Positions 50,109 to 64,000 of a stretch of DNA of 64,000 nt are shown piece by piece; position 1 is the stretch's first letter; each line of letters starts with the position of its first letter. A program made the position numbers and the translations under genes. Source of the stretch: Octopus vulgaris (Eukaryota); assembly GCA_951406725.2 (NCBI GenBank), contig OX597823.1, positions 70,184,001-70,248,000 of the forward strand, in the 5' to 3' direction. The notes under the pieces were generated by a model, which was not told the origin of the DNA, did no database searches, and saw nothing but the letters and a program-made list of their open reading frames with translations.

Positions 50109-51079
50109 TTACTTCATCCACATTCATTAATACTTTCAGACAGTGAATAAATATTTACCCAGTAATATAAAGAACCATTATGAAGGTACCAGACTTTCAG
50201 AACATAATTTGTAGGGTTTCCCAATGAAACAAACATATGTGATAGACTCACTAAAATGTCAGGAATAACCTAGGGATTATAGAATAATCTAAGAAAACCC
50301 ATCCATAAAATGTAACTGTTGTAGTAACAATATACACAAAGAATATATTCAGTAATAATTCCAGTGTACTTTGATAATGCACATAGCTTTCCTTTCAGTA
50401 ACAACCAAATCCCCTTTGAACCACACCTAAAGAGTGAAACAGCTGTCTTCAGATATTCTATACACACCACCCTTCATTGAATACTGTTCCTACCTATACA
50501 CAATACGTATACTTATGCATATACACTATAGGAATATATGATACAATGACATAAAATCAATGTAAAATATGCTGTCTTAAACATAGCATAAAGATAGCCC
50601 ACACTAGCATATATATAAATATACATTGAAAAATATTGCTATCTCTCAAATCAAGTCACTATTTCTAAAATCTCTCTAAGAGATCAATACAGTAGTTGTA
50701 CTGACAAGTAATATTTGTAATCATTTTAACATGGCTGTCCATTCAAGTGGACTCTACTGTGATCTTTTAACCCCAAGAGGACATCTTTTCTAGCTGGTTA
50801 ATGATGCATAGCTGCATCTGATACAATTGTAAGCAGTGGAGCGAACCCCTACCATCTCCAAGCGACAGGACCAGTAGACCAGTCCTGGTTTCAGGCTATT
50901 TCTGCCACTCTCCAGTACTGAACACCTCATCTGCCAGAGATGACAGCAGCTTGCTTCTGCATGCAATATATATATATATTTCAAGTGAACACACAGTTGC
51001 TGATTTTGCAGTGGGTATGGGTTGAATGGTTTGACTAGAGCTGGCAAACTAGAGGGCTGTGCAAAGCTCTAAGATACCA

Positions 51080-51600
51080 TTGATAGAAAAGTGATGAGTA
51101 TTCAGGAATGAGATTATGTAAAGTATTTAGTGAACTCAATTTAAAAACTACAACAAGCACTAATCTTAAAGAAGTTAATTTCCTAGACATTAACATGAAT
51201 CTTAGGGCAGGCAAATATAAACCTTTTCATTAGCCAAATGAGAATATGTCCTACATCAACAGAAGCTCTAACCATCCACCAGTAATCAAACAATTAGTTA
51301 ATAACATCAGTAGCTGTGTCTCCAACCTATCTTCTGATGAAGAAACTCTCAAAAAGGCAGCCCCTAATTACAATACCAAATCAGAAAGATCCAATTCTTT
51401 ATTGATGTAGATCTAGAAAAATTTTGTGGTATAATTATCCATACAGAATGAAAATAACTAGAAATATTGGTAACAATTTCTGAAACATAAAGACACCGGC
51501 CTCCCACATTCGTAACTGTCACAAGATTGTTGATAGAAACATTAACAGTCACCAATAGTTGTCTCCCTTACATAAGCTCATCAGTCATCAATCACAATGA
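51080..51600 (+). pseudogene. Naiad-type PLE relic
   Basis: NLKEVNFLDINMNL..YKPF..PNE..SYINRSSNHPP, homologous to ORF 9166. Confidence 0.8.
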
Positions 51601-52447
51601 GAATAATAGCAGATGCTACTCTTGCTGTTTAAATCTTTATTGGTCAGCTCACATCACATGGTATTAATGCTATCAAAATGAACACCAGCTGCTTTCTTTT
51701 TAGGCCCACATGTTAGTAGGATGCTGGCAGCACTTTCACAGCAGGCTGCAACATATTATATTCAGTAATAACATCAATTCCTTGTATTGGGATATTAATG
51801 CAAGTCAGCAGCTCAATCAATATTCAGTAGAGAATGAACACATTAATAACAACAGTTTTTATGTGAGAGTAACCAAATTTGATGGAGATCAATTACAAAT
51901 AAGGTTGCATGATCAAAATGAGTGGGCTGTAGTCTTGGCAACAGAGGTTAAATACCCTGCATTGTGTGTAGGGGAGCTAAGCCTGGGGTAGTAGATCTAA
52001 GTTGTTAGCTGCCAGAGATGTGATATACAGGCTACAAGGAATAGTTAAGGACACTTAATTATAAGTTTAATACTCCCTTTAACCTAAAAGGTTATAATTT
52101 CTTTCAGTTCCATCATGGCAGACAAAATGCTAACACAAGAAATAAAAGATATTGTTGCCATATGTGCACAACACAGCAATTTAGAAATTGTCAACTTTCT
52201 AATAGCTGCAAGGATGGCAGGAATAACAGTGACAATACAGAGTTTGAAAGAGTTCTTTAGTCTTGCTGATGGCAAAGCAACTCTATAGTGCTGGTGCTAT
52301 GAAAAATGCACCCAGTACATCCAATGAAGTGGTTGTACTTAGGAAGGACATTCAGTCATAAAAATCATATGAGACACTAGAGGATGATCTGGTCCTCTGA
52401 GCTGAATCTTGTTGAACATGGAAAGCAGACATAAAATGACATGATGA

Positions 52448-52479
<32 letters not shown>

Positions 52480-53380
52480 ATGATGATGATGATGATGATG
52501 AGGAGGAGGAGGGTGATAACTTATACACATTATCATCCCCCTCATTTCATATCCACCTTCCATAGTAGGAGGGGAAGAAGATGTAAAATAGCATTTTGAC
52601 AAGATCCAACAGATTGACAGACCACATCTTGCTCCAGTGTTTCAATTTTAACATGGTCTCTATGGTTGGATGCCCTTCCTAATGTCACCCACTTTATAGA
52701 GTGTACTGGATACTTTATTTTATGACACTAGTACCACTGAAATTGCCTTGTAATTTCCAAGAGAAAGAATAAATGAGGATCTTAGAGGTTCAAATATGAT
52801 GAGCAGAGCAGGAACAGGATTACTGATATGGAAGAGGTCCTTGGCTACTTTGCAGTTCACATGGATAGCTGGGTGAAGCACCAGAACATACCCACAAGGT
52901 AACATGTCCAAGAAGGTGACTAGAAAGGATCACCGAATCAGAAAAAAACAGGGAGGATGGGTAAGGTTTTAAGATAGTGGAAAAGTGAAAGATGGATATT
53001 GACATTGGTATGGGATTTTTTAAATGTACATATAGGGTAAATGTAGTAAATCATGGGTGTGAGTGATAAATATGAGTCAGGACATGAAGGTTAAAGTGAT
53101 GGATGAAAAGCCATTTGGGAGCAGCATAGAAGAGAATGAGTGATCACTGACAGTGCTGAGACGGCAGTATGATATGATATGTAGGAATCTATTCCTAGAT
53201 TCTGATTTCCATTTTCACAACAGCAGAATAAGTAGATAGGAGAATGATGAGCAGATGAATGTAGGGTAATGAGGGACAGGTTTAAAAGCTATGAGTCAAG
53301 GGAGAGTGTGAGATAGATATAAGCAAGGGCAGAGGAGTAGTATATATGTATATATATATATATATGTATAAATATACATA

Positions 53381-53426
<46 letters not shown>

Positions 53427-53569
53427 AAATATACATATTTTTATATATATATATATATATATATAAATATACAGTGTATTTATATATATATAACACACAT
53501 ATATGCAAAAATATATATAGTCATATGAAGGTTATACCAAGTCATACAAAATTGGGAATAATTTTTTAA

Positions 53570-54400
53570 CTGACAAAGTGCACATACTGGTAGAATATCT
53601 GCGGCAACCCTTCTTCCTGTTGTTCTTCACTGTAAGCAAATAATGGTTTCATGCAAAAGCAGTATGCTGCCACTGAATTCTTGACAAAGAAGGCTAGCAA
53701 GCTGTTTGACATCCACAGAAGGCTACACGTTGCTTATAGAGATAACATCACTGACAAGAGCAATGAACACAAACAGGCGAAGTTTAAAGAAAGAGGAAAT
53801 TAGCATTGATGACAAACCATGCAGCGGGAGACCATCGACTACAACTACTGACACAGATCACCAGCAACTGGATGATTTGATTCACATGTATAGATGAGTC
53901 AGAATCCATGAGCTTGTGCCACCTGAACTCTGGTTACAGTGCATTACAGAAGATGATGAAAGTCTTTGGGTATTGGAAAGTGTACTTTGGTAGTTGACAC
54001 CTGATTTGAAGGAAAGAAGAATGGAAGTCTGCTTTGATCTGCTGAAAGCATTTGAAGCCAATGAAGATGTGTCCCCCTTCCTACCACTGCCATCTAGTGA
54101 CGGGACGAAATGTAAGTGAATCATTATGACCATGAAGTAAAGGCTCAGCTGCTGGAATGACATCACATCTCTTTTCCAAGGTTCAAGAAATTCAAAAGCC
54201 AGCAAGCAGTGGAGGCATGGTGACTGTTTGAGGGGACAACAAGGGAGTTGTCTTTTCTGGAATGTGACTAAACAGTGAGTTGTACAATGAGACATTCAAA
54301 GGTCTTAGAGAAACTGCAAGGATGAAGAAACTGAACAACAAACTCAACATTATCCCCATTCACCATTACAATGCATGAACACATATCTTTGACAGGATGA
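53570..54400 (+). pseudogene. Mariner transposase relic
   Basis: SIDDKPCSGRPST, gtgacgggacgaaa (TGDE-like), HYD.E.K. Confidence 0.7.
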
Positions 54401-54814
54401 AGCAAGACCCTTTTTGTCAGTTTTCCTGGGCATTTAGTATAGACAGCTTTTTGTGATTGCCTCAGCAAGTTGGTATAGTTTCATGCTTTTATGATGCTTG
54501 AACAGGCATATTTTAAAAATATGCCACATATCTCCAAGCAATCTTTCAGGCTCTGTTTATGTATTATATATATTTTAAAAACCAAGGATGCTGGACAGTG
54601 GGAAAATAAGAAACATGGTAAAAACATTAAGAAGGTTGGTGCAAAAAAATGGAACAAGGAAAAAGAAATGAAATGAAGAAAACTAAGATCCTCAGCTTCT
54701 CTGATTGCAGAGAGCACATTAAATACAATTGGTATAGAACAAAATTGAAAATTTGTCAAAGTCTGCAAGACAGCAACTCAATCTGGAGTGGGTGGTGTCC
54801 TCCAATTCAATAAA

Positions 54815-55270
54815 AGAAACCTGTTCATGTGTTTACACCTGCTAAAAATTTCAGATCTGGAATTAAGCAGTGTGTTGGAATTGCTGGATTTAAGAAGAAT
54901 ATGAGATCTTCCTACTACACATAAGTTGCATTTGTTAGATCTGTTAAAATATTGCATGTAGCATGGAGCTGCTCTTCAAATTCTATATGAGGCAATATAC
55001 ATCTGATGCATTACATTTATTGATGTGCCGAAAAGAAGATAGTTGGTTTGCATAACATCTCTTTCTCACATAACCCAATGTAATTTTTCTTTTCAATTGA
55101 TTCATTTTGAAGCATAGCTGTAATTTCAGCCTTTCATATGATGGAGTTTATCATACATGCCTGGTCAAGTGGGTAAGCTTTAGGGTTTCGATAGTTACAA
55201 ATGGGAGTGGTCTCTTGCTGATTTTCACAAGTTATAATGTTCTTCATATTGGGGCAGCAGCAGTATGATA
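54815..55270 (-). pseudogene. Naiad-type PLE C-terminal relic
   Basis: NKCNLC...LLNSRSEIFSRCKH. Confidence 0.7.
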
Positions 55271-56089
55271 CTTTAATTGTCTGCTAAAAATTTTCCTGTA
55301 TTTATGATGTATTGGAAAATGTTTATCTAAAAGTGACAGGAAGATGCGCGCACACACACACTATTTCTTTATTTTTTATTAATTCTTTATTACACACACA
55401 CACGCACACACACACAAATCAGACTTCTTTCAGTTTTTATCTACCAAATCCACTCACAAGGCTTTGGTCAGACTGTGAGAAGAGTGTGACATTTTGTGTG
55501 ATATCTTTTATCAAAGAGAAGAAAAATAAAAATAGAAAAAAAAAAAAAAGAATGAGAGGCAGGAGAAAGACAAAAAATATATACAATACCAAAAAAGACA
55601 TCTCTTCACATAACAGATCTCAAGCAGAATGAGAAGGAAAACGGGAGAGTGAGTGATGATACCAGAAGAACCAGAACAGGTGGGTGAAAATAACAAGAGA
55701 TTGATGGAAAGGCTGGGTCATCTGAGGTGAAGTTAGGAGAGAAATGAATGACGATAGAGTTGGAAAAAGGTAAGCATGAGTGATGGGATAAAAGGAAGAG
55801 TAAGTGATGGGTGGTATTAGAAAGGGTCTAGAGAAGAAAGCTAATACAGAAGTGTAAAATTAGAGTGTATTTGGTAGGGAAATGGGAGTGGTTTGATGTA
55901 GTTTGTCATATATTAACTTAATGAAGGGTAAGGGATATATATATACATTCAAGGCTTCTTCATTGGAATTTCAACATCAACAGGGTGGGTGGGTATGTAT
56001 GTATGCATGTATGTATGTACGGATGTGTACGTGAAGATTTGTATGTTTTGCTTTCTGTATGTATTCTCATGCAAATAGTTGTATGTCTA

Positions 56090-56605
56090 CACATGCTCAT
56101 ATATATTTAAATGATAAATTTCTGTAAAGTTTTACAGATTTTTACTGTTCCAGTGATGGATTGGATCTGTAGTATTCAAATTAGTTTTCTTCTTTCCAGT
56201 TTTGAGAAGCCTAATTTCTCAAGATTGGTATTTAGGCAGTGTGTTACATATCCCAGGGGCCCTAATAATTACAGGTATAAACCCGAACATGTAATCTGGA
56301 TAGAGTAACTGCAGATTTCTCAACAGTTCAGCGTAGGCATTCTCTTTTCCACTGATCTTCAGCTTTATGTTAACATCCACTGGGCAGCTAATTTCCCCAA
56401 CTGTGCATAGTTTCTCTTCTCTGTCCCAAATCATTATATCAGGTCTGTTGTGCTTAAATTTATTGAAGTCTTCACTGACACATTCCACCAGTATTCCTTT
56501 TTAGTATGAGTGGCTATGGCTTCTACCATACTGTGGGTTCTTATTTCTTTGTCTTTGGGGTTATACTTCTGACAGATTTCATTACAGAGTGTCATAGTTA
56601 CAACA
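56090..56605 (-). pseudogene. R4/Dong-like LINE restriction-like endonuclease relic
   Basis: KHNRPDIMIWDREEKLC..EISCP.D..K...Y..L...FIPVII. Confidence 0.8.
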
Positions 56606-56617
56606 TGTATGTATCAT

Positions 56618-59519
56618 CCTGTATTGTGTAAGCATCAAATAAAGATGTGAATTCTCCATTCTTGTTCTTATTGTTATATACTCTGAATGTCTTGAAATTC
56701 TTCTAAGCTCTATTTGGATTTACTTATCATACACAAGAAATTTCTTTGGATCTATTTGAATTTATTGGTATCTGATTGTTTCATGTAGTTAACCAAGTTC
56801 ACTTAACCACTGAGTGATTTCCAGATATCTGCCTGCATTTATGAATCCCTTTTTCCTATTACTATATACTCTATTATTCTCTTTGTATGCAAGTGCTTAT
56901 AGCAGATTATCTTTGAAATGGAAGAACTATTTATGGACAAATCTTTAAAGGGCATACCCCTACCACCTCCCAAAGGATATATGAAAATCTTATTAATAAG
57001 AATCATTCACTTATTCACTGAATGAGATGATGTACATACCACCATAAAATAACCTCTGAGGCACAATAAAATAACCTCTGAGGCAAAGTTATTTAACATT
57101 AACTTAATAGTGAAATAAATAGATGAAGATTTCCAAGTGGAAGATCAGACAGAACCTTACATACCCAAAACCCCTAGAATAAACTTAAATGACTATGAAC
57201 TTAATTTTACTATCAATCAACAAGTTAAACTAATTTGCCCCGCCAAATTGGATATTGGTAAGAGTGGTAAATTGATAAGAATATTCCTAAGCAAAGACAA
57301 AATATTAATTTATGTTTATTGGAAGTAATTGATTGGTTCATTGGTATTAAGGATAAGAAACATACTAAATTCATTCACATAAATATATCAAATTATTACT
57401 CATCTATTGACTCTATACTACTTAAAAAGGCATTTATTTTCATGATGAACAATTCAGATTTATCTCAACATGAATTTGATATAGTGTTAATGGCTAGAAA
57501 AACCATAATAGAATCTAATGGAAAGTATTGAACCAGGAAGGAGAGATCTCATAATTTTGACACTAGAATGGGGTCCAGTGATTGCACAAGTAACTGATTT
57601 AGTGGGAATCTATATTCTTAACTGTATACAAAGAAAATTTCCTGAACTAGGAGGTGGATAATATAGGGATGATGATTTTTTTCACTAGTAAGGTTAATCT
57701 TTGAAGGTCCTAGAGAAAACTTTTTAATTCTTTAAGCATCATTATCTGTCTATTTCCGTAAAAAATGAACAAAGATTAACTTCCTTGGTGTTAATCCAGA
57801 TTTTAGTACAGGACTATACCAACCAGGCCATAAACCAAATGAATGCTTAAGGTATGTAAACAAAACTTCTAATCATCCTAGATAGATCATAAATTCTATC
57901 ATTAAAAAAATATATCAACACATTTTTCAAGGCTGTCCACCAACAAGGAAGTATTTAGACAAAATGAAAAGTACTATAATCAGGAATTATCTGAACCTGG
58001 GTATAAGGACAAAATTACAACATCCAGAATCAAAATACTAATAAAATTCCTAATAATGGTAAGATATTAATGTCAAATTAAATATGACAAGCTTTGATAG
58101 ACAGTACAATAAAAATAAATATATCAAGCAATCTTCTTTAAGTTAGCTAAGTAATAGCAGCCCCAGAGATCAGCTAGTACTTATTTTATCGACCCCAAGA
58201 GGATAAAAGGCAAAGTCAACTTCAGAGGAATTTGAACTCAAAACATACGGATGGGCAGAATGTCACTAAGCGTTTTGCCTGGTGCGCTAATGATTCTGCC
58301 AGCTCACTGCCTTAGATAATGATGACAATAATAATAATAATAGTAATGAGGATGATGATAATAATGACAATAATAACAGTAATAATAATGGTAATGGTGA
58401 AAATAGTAATAGTACTAATGATGATAATAAAGGTAGTAATAATCTTGACTCTATGTACACATAAACAATTTTGATCCAAGTTTAGTTGAAATAACTCATC
58501 ATGTTTTTGATACTTTAGGTGATGGTACTTACAACAGTAAAATAGATAGACCCTTTAAGATATCACCTAATAATAATAATATTGATTATAATACTGCTAA
58601 TAATCCTGTTTTAACCCCTAATTCTGGAAGCAGAGTCTATACTAATTCTCTTAACCAAGAGTGCTATATGTGAGTAAATAAACACCTTTGTAATTTCAAA
58701 AACAAACTTATGTGTCCTTCAGAAAACTAGTGTTTGATGAAGAATATGATATATCAATGTATGGTAATTGCAGGGGATTGTAGGTATCATTACATAGGTT
58801 CTACTACCATCTGGAAATGTAGATTACATAACCATTCTTCTTCATTTAAGTTTAGGAGACTATGTGATTTTATGAATTTCAGTAAATGCATTTGGGATTT
58901 GAAAGACAAGAACATTAACTACAATATAATGTTGTCCATTACTAGTTATGCTCTATCTCTAATACTAATAACTTTAAATGTGAAATTTTCCTAAAGGAAA
59001 TGTATATTCACTTCAAAATTAAAATTACTAAATTGCAAAACCAGCCATATGATGAAATGTTTCTATAAGCATAGAAAAACATTTAAATATTTCAACAGTA
59101 AATAACATCATTATAATTGTTTTTCCTTTAATCAAATAAACAATAATTTTCCTATATTTTTTAGCACACGTAAGTACCAAGATAACTAAATGTTGTGATG
59201 TAGAATTTCTATGTTTATTTTTTTTTATTCTTTCATTATCTACTGATGTCATCATAAGTTTAAATACTAAACTGGATCTTCTAAGAATAATATATTTCTT
59301 TTGTGTGCATTCATGTATCATAGACATTACTTCAGTTCACTTTGAATTTAACCTGTTTATGTTACCTTGATAACATCACATTAGCATAAAATTTCAAATA
59401 TATTGGTTTCACTGATATTTTGTATTTTTTTCTTTATCTAAATATGCTGGCACAGTAGAAAAGATCATTGGCCCTGTATGGTGTAATCATCAAATAAAGA
59501 TGTAATATTCTCCATTCTT
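56618..59519 (+). mobile_element. Degraded full-length Naiad-type PLE with terminal direct repeats
   Basis: VIDWF..KFIHINISNYY, MGS, YRDD, SNHP, CNFK..CP, YIGST; ~46 bp repeat cctgtat.gtgtaa.catcaaataaagatgt..attctccattctt at 56618 and 59473; SINE nested at 58150-58315. Confidence 0.8.
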
Positions 59520-59530
59520 CTTGTTTTATA

Positions 59531-59577
<47 letters not shown>

Positions 59578-59757
59578 TTATATGTGTGTGCATATAAGAA
59601 TAGAAATTTGCCAAAGGTATCAAGCAGTTGAACTGAAGCTAAAAGCATGTGATTATTATAAAATGAACTTCTTAACCACACAGCAATACCTGTGCCTCCA
59701 TACATACATGTATACAAATGTATGCATGCACACACACACACACTCACACACATGTAA

Positions 59758-60600
59758 ATCATCATCATCATCATTATTTAACCTTTGCTTTCCATGTTGG
59801 CATGGGCTGGATGGTTCGACCAGAGCTAGCAAGCTAGAGAACTGCACCAGGTTCCAGTATGATTTGGCTTGATTTCTATGGCTGGATACCCTTCCTAATT
59901 CCAACCACTTTACAGAGTGTGCCAGGTGTTTTTATGTGGCATCAACATGGGAGTTATTATGTGGTGTCTGCACAAGTGCTTTTTATGTGGCACTGGCACA
60001 GGGCTCTTGCAGGCCAAACCTCTTTGGCAGGGGTGGAAGGGTGGCATTAACTCTTTTGCTGTGGAGGATGGGTCTTCTTGAGTATAGCAAGGTGTCAGAT
60101 ATCTTGGTCCCTTTATCATCCCCTCTACAAGGTTCAGTGTCATGAGAGCATCTTTCAGTACTTTATCCCATGTCTTCCTGGGTCTCCTTTGAGATATCTC
60201 TTTGAGATATCAGCACTTCTTTATGGAGCTGTTGACATCAATCAGCAACATATGACCAAACCAGTGCAGCCTTCTGTCTTGAACACTGCATCTAATTCCT
60301 CTTATGCCTAACTTTTTTCTCAACACATTAATACTCAGTGTGCACATGTACACTTACATTACACATCCAGTGGAGCATACTAGCCTCATTCCACTCTACC
60401 CTTCACATGTCCTCTGCGTTCAGAGCCCACGTCTTACTACCTTGTAAAATTGCTTTTGATATACGTGCACCATACAATCTTCCTTTCACTTGAAGAGAGA
60501 GAGCTTTGGTTGCCAACAGAAGTAAAAGCTCCCTGAATTTTCTTCACCCTTTTTTTATTCTAGCTATTATGCTTTCTAAACACCTTCCCCTACTATTAAT
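59758..60600 (-). mobile_element. RTE LINE 3' relic with (GAT)n tail
   Basis: LHWFGHM-like and GRPRKTW motifs joined to the shared tail. Confidence 0.75.
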
Positions 60601-61356
60601 TTGGTTTCATGAAACATATGTAGCCTGGATTTTATCTACTCCATTCCCTAAATAGGGATTTTTATTTGTATACACAGCAACCCTAGTTGCTAACTGTGAA
60701 CAACAAAATAACTTTTTTCAGCTTATCAAACTTCGATGTGGGGAAAATTTAACAGCCTTCTATGTCAATAAACCACTTATTGTTCCTGAAAGTTGTTTTT
60801 TATACACTTCTAAGGACTGCTTGAAGCTTACTAACTTCCTACACCTTGATCCTTGGATCTTACCTTTACATATATTTATATATATTTACATGTGTGTATA
60901 AATATGTGTGTGTGTGTGTGTGTGTGCGTGCGTGCGTGTGTGTATCTGCAAAAGCGAGTAATGAAAAATGCAATTGCACACTATGTACTTTTCCTAAGTG
61001 GATAAAAAAAAAATCATATTATGAGTTATTAAAACTACTTCATAGTTAATGAAGCCCACCTGTTCGTCAGGTGCAAACTACCAGGTACTCAATTGTTTGC
61101 CAAAATGACCATCCAAATATTATGAGATAGAAAGAAGATACACATTTAGTCAACCATACTGGTAAGTCGTTTCAGTAAACAGGCAATCACATGCTTTCTT
61201 CATAGAATGCACGACACAGAAGCAGGTGTCATCTCAAGAATACAATCCATTATCGACATCATTAACTTTATGGTATGCAGTATATATGAGGTGATAATGG
61301 TTTACAATCCTCTAAGCGATTGAACCCAGAGAACAAGCATATCAAGTGAACACTAT

Positions 61357-61537
61357 ACTCTTTACTCTTTTACTTGTTTCAGTCATTTGACTGCGGCCAT
61401 ACTGGAGCACCGCCTTTAGTTGAGCAAATTTAGATTCCTAGTACTTATTCTATCGGTTTCTTTTGCTGAACCGCTAAGTTACGGGGATGTAAACACACCA
61501 GCATCAGTTCTCAAGCAATGTGGGGGGGGGGGAACAT

Positions 61538-61580
<43 letters not shown>

Positions 61581-61865
61581 ACAGGTTTCTTTCAGTTTCC
61601 GCCTACACACACATACATCATCATCATCGTTTAATGTCCGCTTTCCATGCTAGCATGGATTGGACAAATGCACACACACACATATATATACATATATATA
61701 TAACGGGTTTCTTTCAGTTTCCGCCTACCAAATCCACTCACAAGGCTTTGGTCAGCCCAAGGCTATAGTAGAAGACACTTGCCCAAGGTGCCACGCAGTG
61801 GGAATGAACCCAGAACCATGTGGTTGGTAAGCAAGTTACTTACCACACAGCCACTCCTGCGCCTA
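61357..61865 (-). mobile_element. CORE-like SINE with nested RTE tail
   Basis: 4448 family interrupted at about 61615-61665. Confidence 0.8.
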
Positions 61866-62714
61866 TGCCAAAGAATTTTTGAACACACAAGAAAAGAACA
61901 TTTGTAAATTAAAGTAGATAAAATAAGTAATAAAGAACAACAAAAGAAGCATTTAGAAAAAATATGTCATTAATAATAAAAACACAAATAAAATATGTCA
62001 TAACAATAAAAACACAAATAAAATAAAATAAACTAAAATAAAATAGAAACGTATAACATATACATAAATACATACAAACAAACATGTGTGGGTGGGTGTA
62101 TGAATAAATAGTATCAAAATTCATTGAGCATAAAAGCAGAATTAAAGTAAAACAATAAAAATTAAACAAGTCTCAAATAAATACCATGCGTAAGAAACAA
62201 TAAACATCAACTCATATACATACATATATACATATATATATATGTGTGTGCAAAAAATAAGTAAGAATAAGAATTAAAAAATAAAAGAAAACAGAAGGAA
62301 AAATAACATATAAGATATACAATGAAAAATAAAAATATGACAGAGAAGTGTACAAAATTGAGGGAAGAAGCAAAATATTTAAGAGCAAGCTATAAGGAGA
62401 AAGATACAAAAGACTAACAGTGAAATCTGAAACTAGAGCTGGTAGAATGTCCTTTATCTAAAAGAATTTCTGAGTTAAGGAGGAGTACAGTACATTATTC
62501 AAACAGTTCATTGTTTGATGTGTGATATTGTATAGTTGTTCCAACTTCTCACATACTTAGCAATGTAAGTCGCTTCTGAACTGGAGTTGTGTAGTTGTCT
62601 ATCAGGATTACATTTTCACTTTTGATTTTGACGAAATGTATTTGATATATTAATAAATTTTTATTCACTGATTATTGTTTCCTTTGAGCATTTTATATTA
62701 GCCTATGTTAGATG

Positions 62715-64000
62715 CTAACTAGCCATGGACCATGACAGGGATGCTGTCAGTAAGGTGAAAGTCGGCAATGAGTATAGCAAGGAATTTGGTATACAGGAGG
62801 TGTTCACCAAGGACCGGTTCTCAGCTCTCTCTTGTTTATCATAGTCCCCAAGTCATAACAGAGGAATTTAAGATTGGCAGCCCTAGGGAGCTCCTCTACA
62901 CTAATGACCTTGTTCTTATTGCTGAATCACTACAAAAATTAAAGAAATTGCAGGTATGGAAGCAAGGTCTGGTATCTAAGGGCCTTAGAGTTAATTTAGC
63001 AAAGATCAAAGTCTTGTTATGTAGTAAAACAGACATATCACTGACCCTTTAAGGGAGATGGCCCTGCTCGATATGTAGAAAAAGTATTGGGAGAAACTCC
63101 ATATGGTATACCCTTTGCAAGCTATGGATACATAAGAAGTGCAGTAGTATCATAGGAAGGTCAACAGAGAAGGTAGTCTTTGTGTGTGGTAGATGTGCAG
63201 GTGCAATAAACACTAGGAATGTACAGAAAATAGATTCCACCAAATGTCCAGGCGGATCCTTAGAAGTAGTATTTAGTTTCCGTTACCTAAGCAACCAAGT
63301 TAGCAGCAGAGGAGGAAGCTCTGAAAGAATAGTTGCTAGAGTAAGGATAGACTAGGCAAAATTCAAAGAGCTGCTACCTTTGTTTGTAACAAAGGGCCTT
63401 TCCCTTAAGATGAAAAGCAGATTGTATGATGCCTGTGTGTGAACAGCTATGCTACATGACAGTGAAACATGGACTGTGACTACAGGGGGCCTCAATGCCA
63501 TAGCTACCACACTCACACCATCTTGCTATCTTGTCCAGTTTTAGGCTTCTTCCCTTCTCAAGCCAACTTTCCCATTCTCTTTTTTCACCTGTCTCCTCCA
63601 CGTTTTCCTTGGTCTACCTCTCTTTCTCAGTCCATTTACCTCAAACTCAAGTACCCTCCTCGGAACATGCTCCTCATCCCTCCTCAACACATGCCCATAC
63701 CACCGCATGTCATTCGCCCTTGCCAGCCATTCCACTGATTCCTCCAACCCCAGCATCCCCATCAAGTCTTCAGTCCGACCCTTATCAAACAGCTTCACAC
63801 CGCACATTTCTCTCACCATTGCTCTCTCGGTCCTTCCCCAAATTGCCATCTCTCTCCTCCTCAGACACCATGTCCCATACGGCATTGCAGCTCTCCCGCA
63901 ACAAAGTGTAAATGATTTAAGATGTAAATTAGGTACAAGAGGCATCAGATGTTGTGTGCAAGAGGGAAGATTGTACTGGTATGGTCATGTGAGGCATATG
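62715..64000 (+). pseudogene. RTE LINE RT relic
   Basis: GVHQG-like, ELLYTNDLVL, GLRVNLAK, AMLHDSETW, LYWYGHV. Confidence 0.85.
63487..63903 (-). mobile_element. Antisense 3' fragment of a second RTE family
   Basis: RTERAMVREMCGV..RWYGHVLRRDE..RGRPRKTW. Confidence 0.85.

Noticed and set aside
51333-51350. ctgatgaagaaac as a hammerhead (also ctgatgatggaaac near 36302)
   Set aside because: No stem II or stem I; the 51333 motif is coding relic (SSDEET)
46006-64000. Upstream SYAP1 exons (EFVSD motif, BSD domain)
   Set aside because: Not found by eye; probably beyond the window

Overview
AT-rich, microsatellite- and transposon-dense animal DNA, most likely an octopus/coleoid cephalopod (inferred from an 18-finger effector-less C2H2 gene, SINE repertoire and (TA)/(CA) tracts). 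Host genes: one C2H2 zinc-finger CDS (19108-20682, +), the terminal coding exon of SYAP1/Sap47 (45860-46005, -), and a tentative small two-exon gene (2778-1068, -). The rest is mostly mobile DNA: a nearly intact Neptune-type Penelope-like element (PLE), several Naiad- and Poseidon-type PLE pieces, CRE, R4/Dong and RTE LINE relics, Tc1/mariner relics, MITEs and SINEs. The most notable signal is a set of at least 8 minimal type-I hammerhead ribozyme (HHR) motifs or relics, including a non-canonical CUGUUGA core and two fold-back elements carrying HHR sequence in both polarities, plus several pre-miRNA-sized hairpins between 30 and 39 kb. All calls were made by eye; relic boundaries are approximate.
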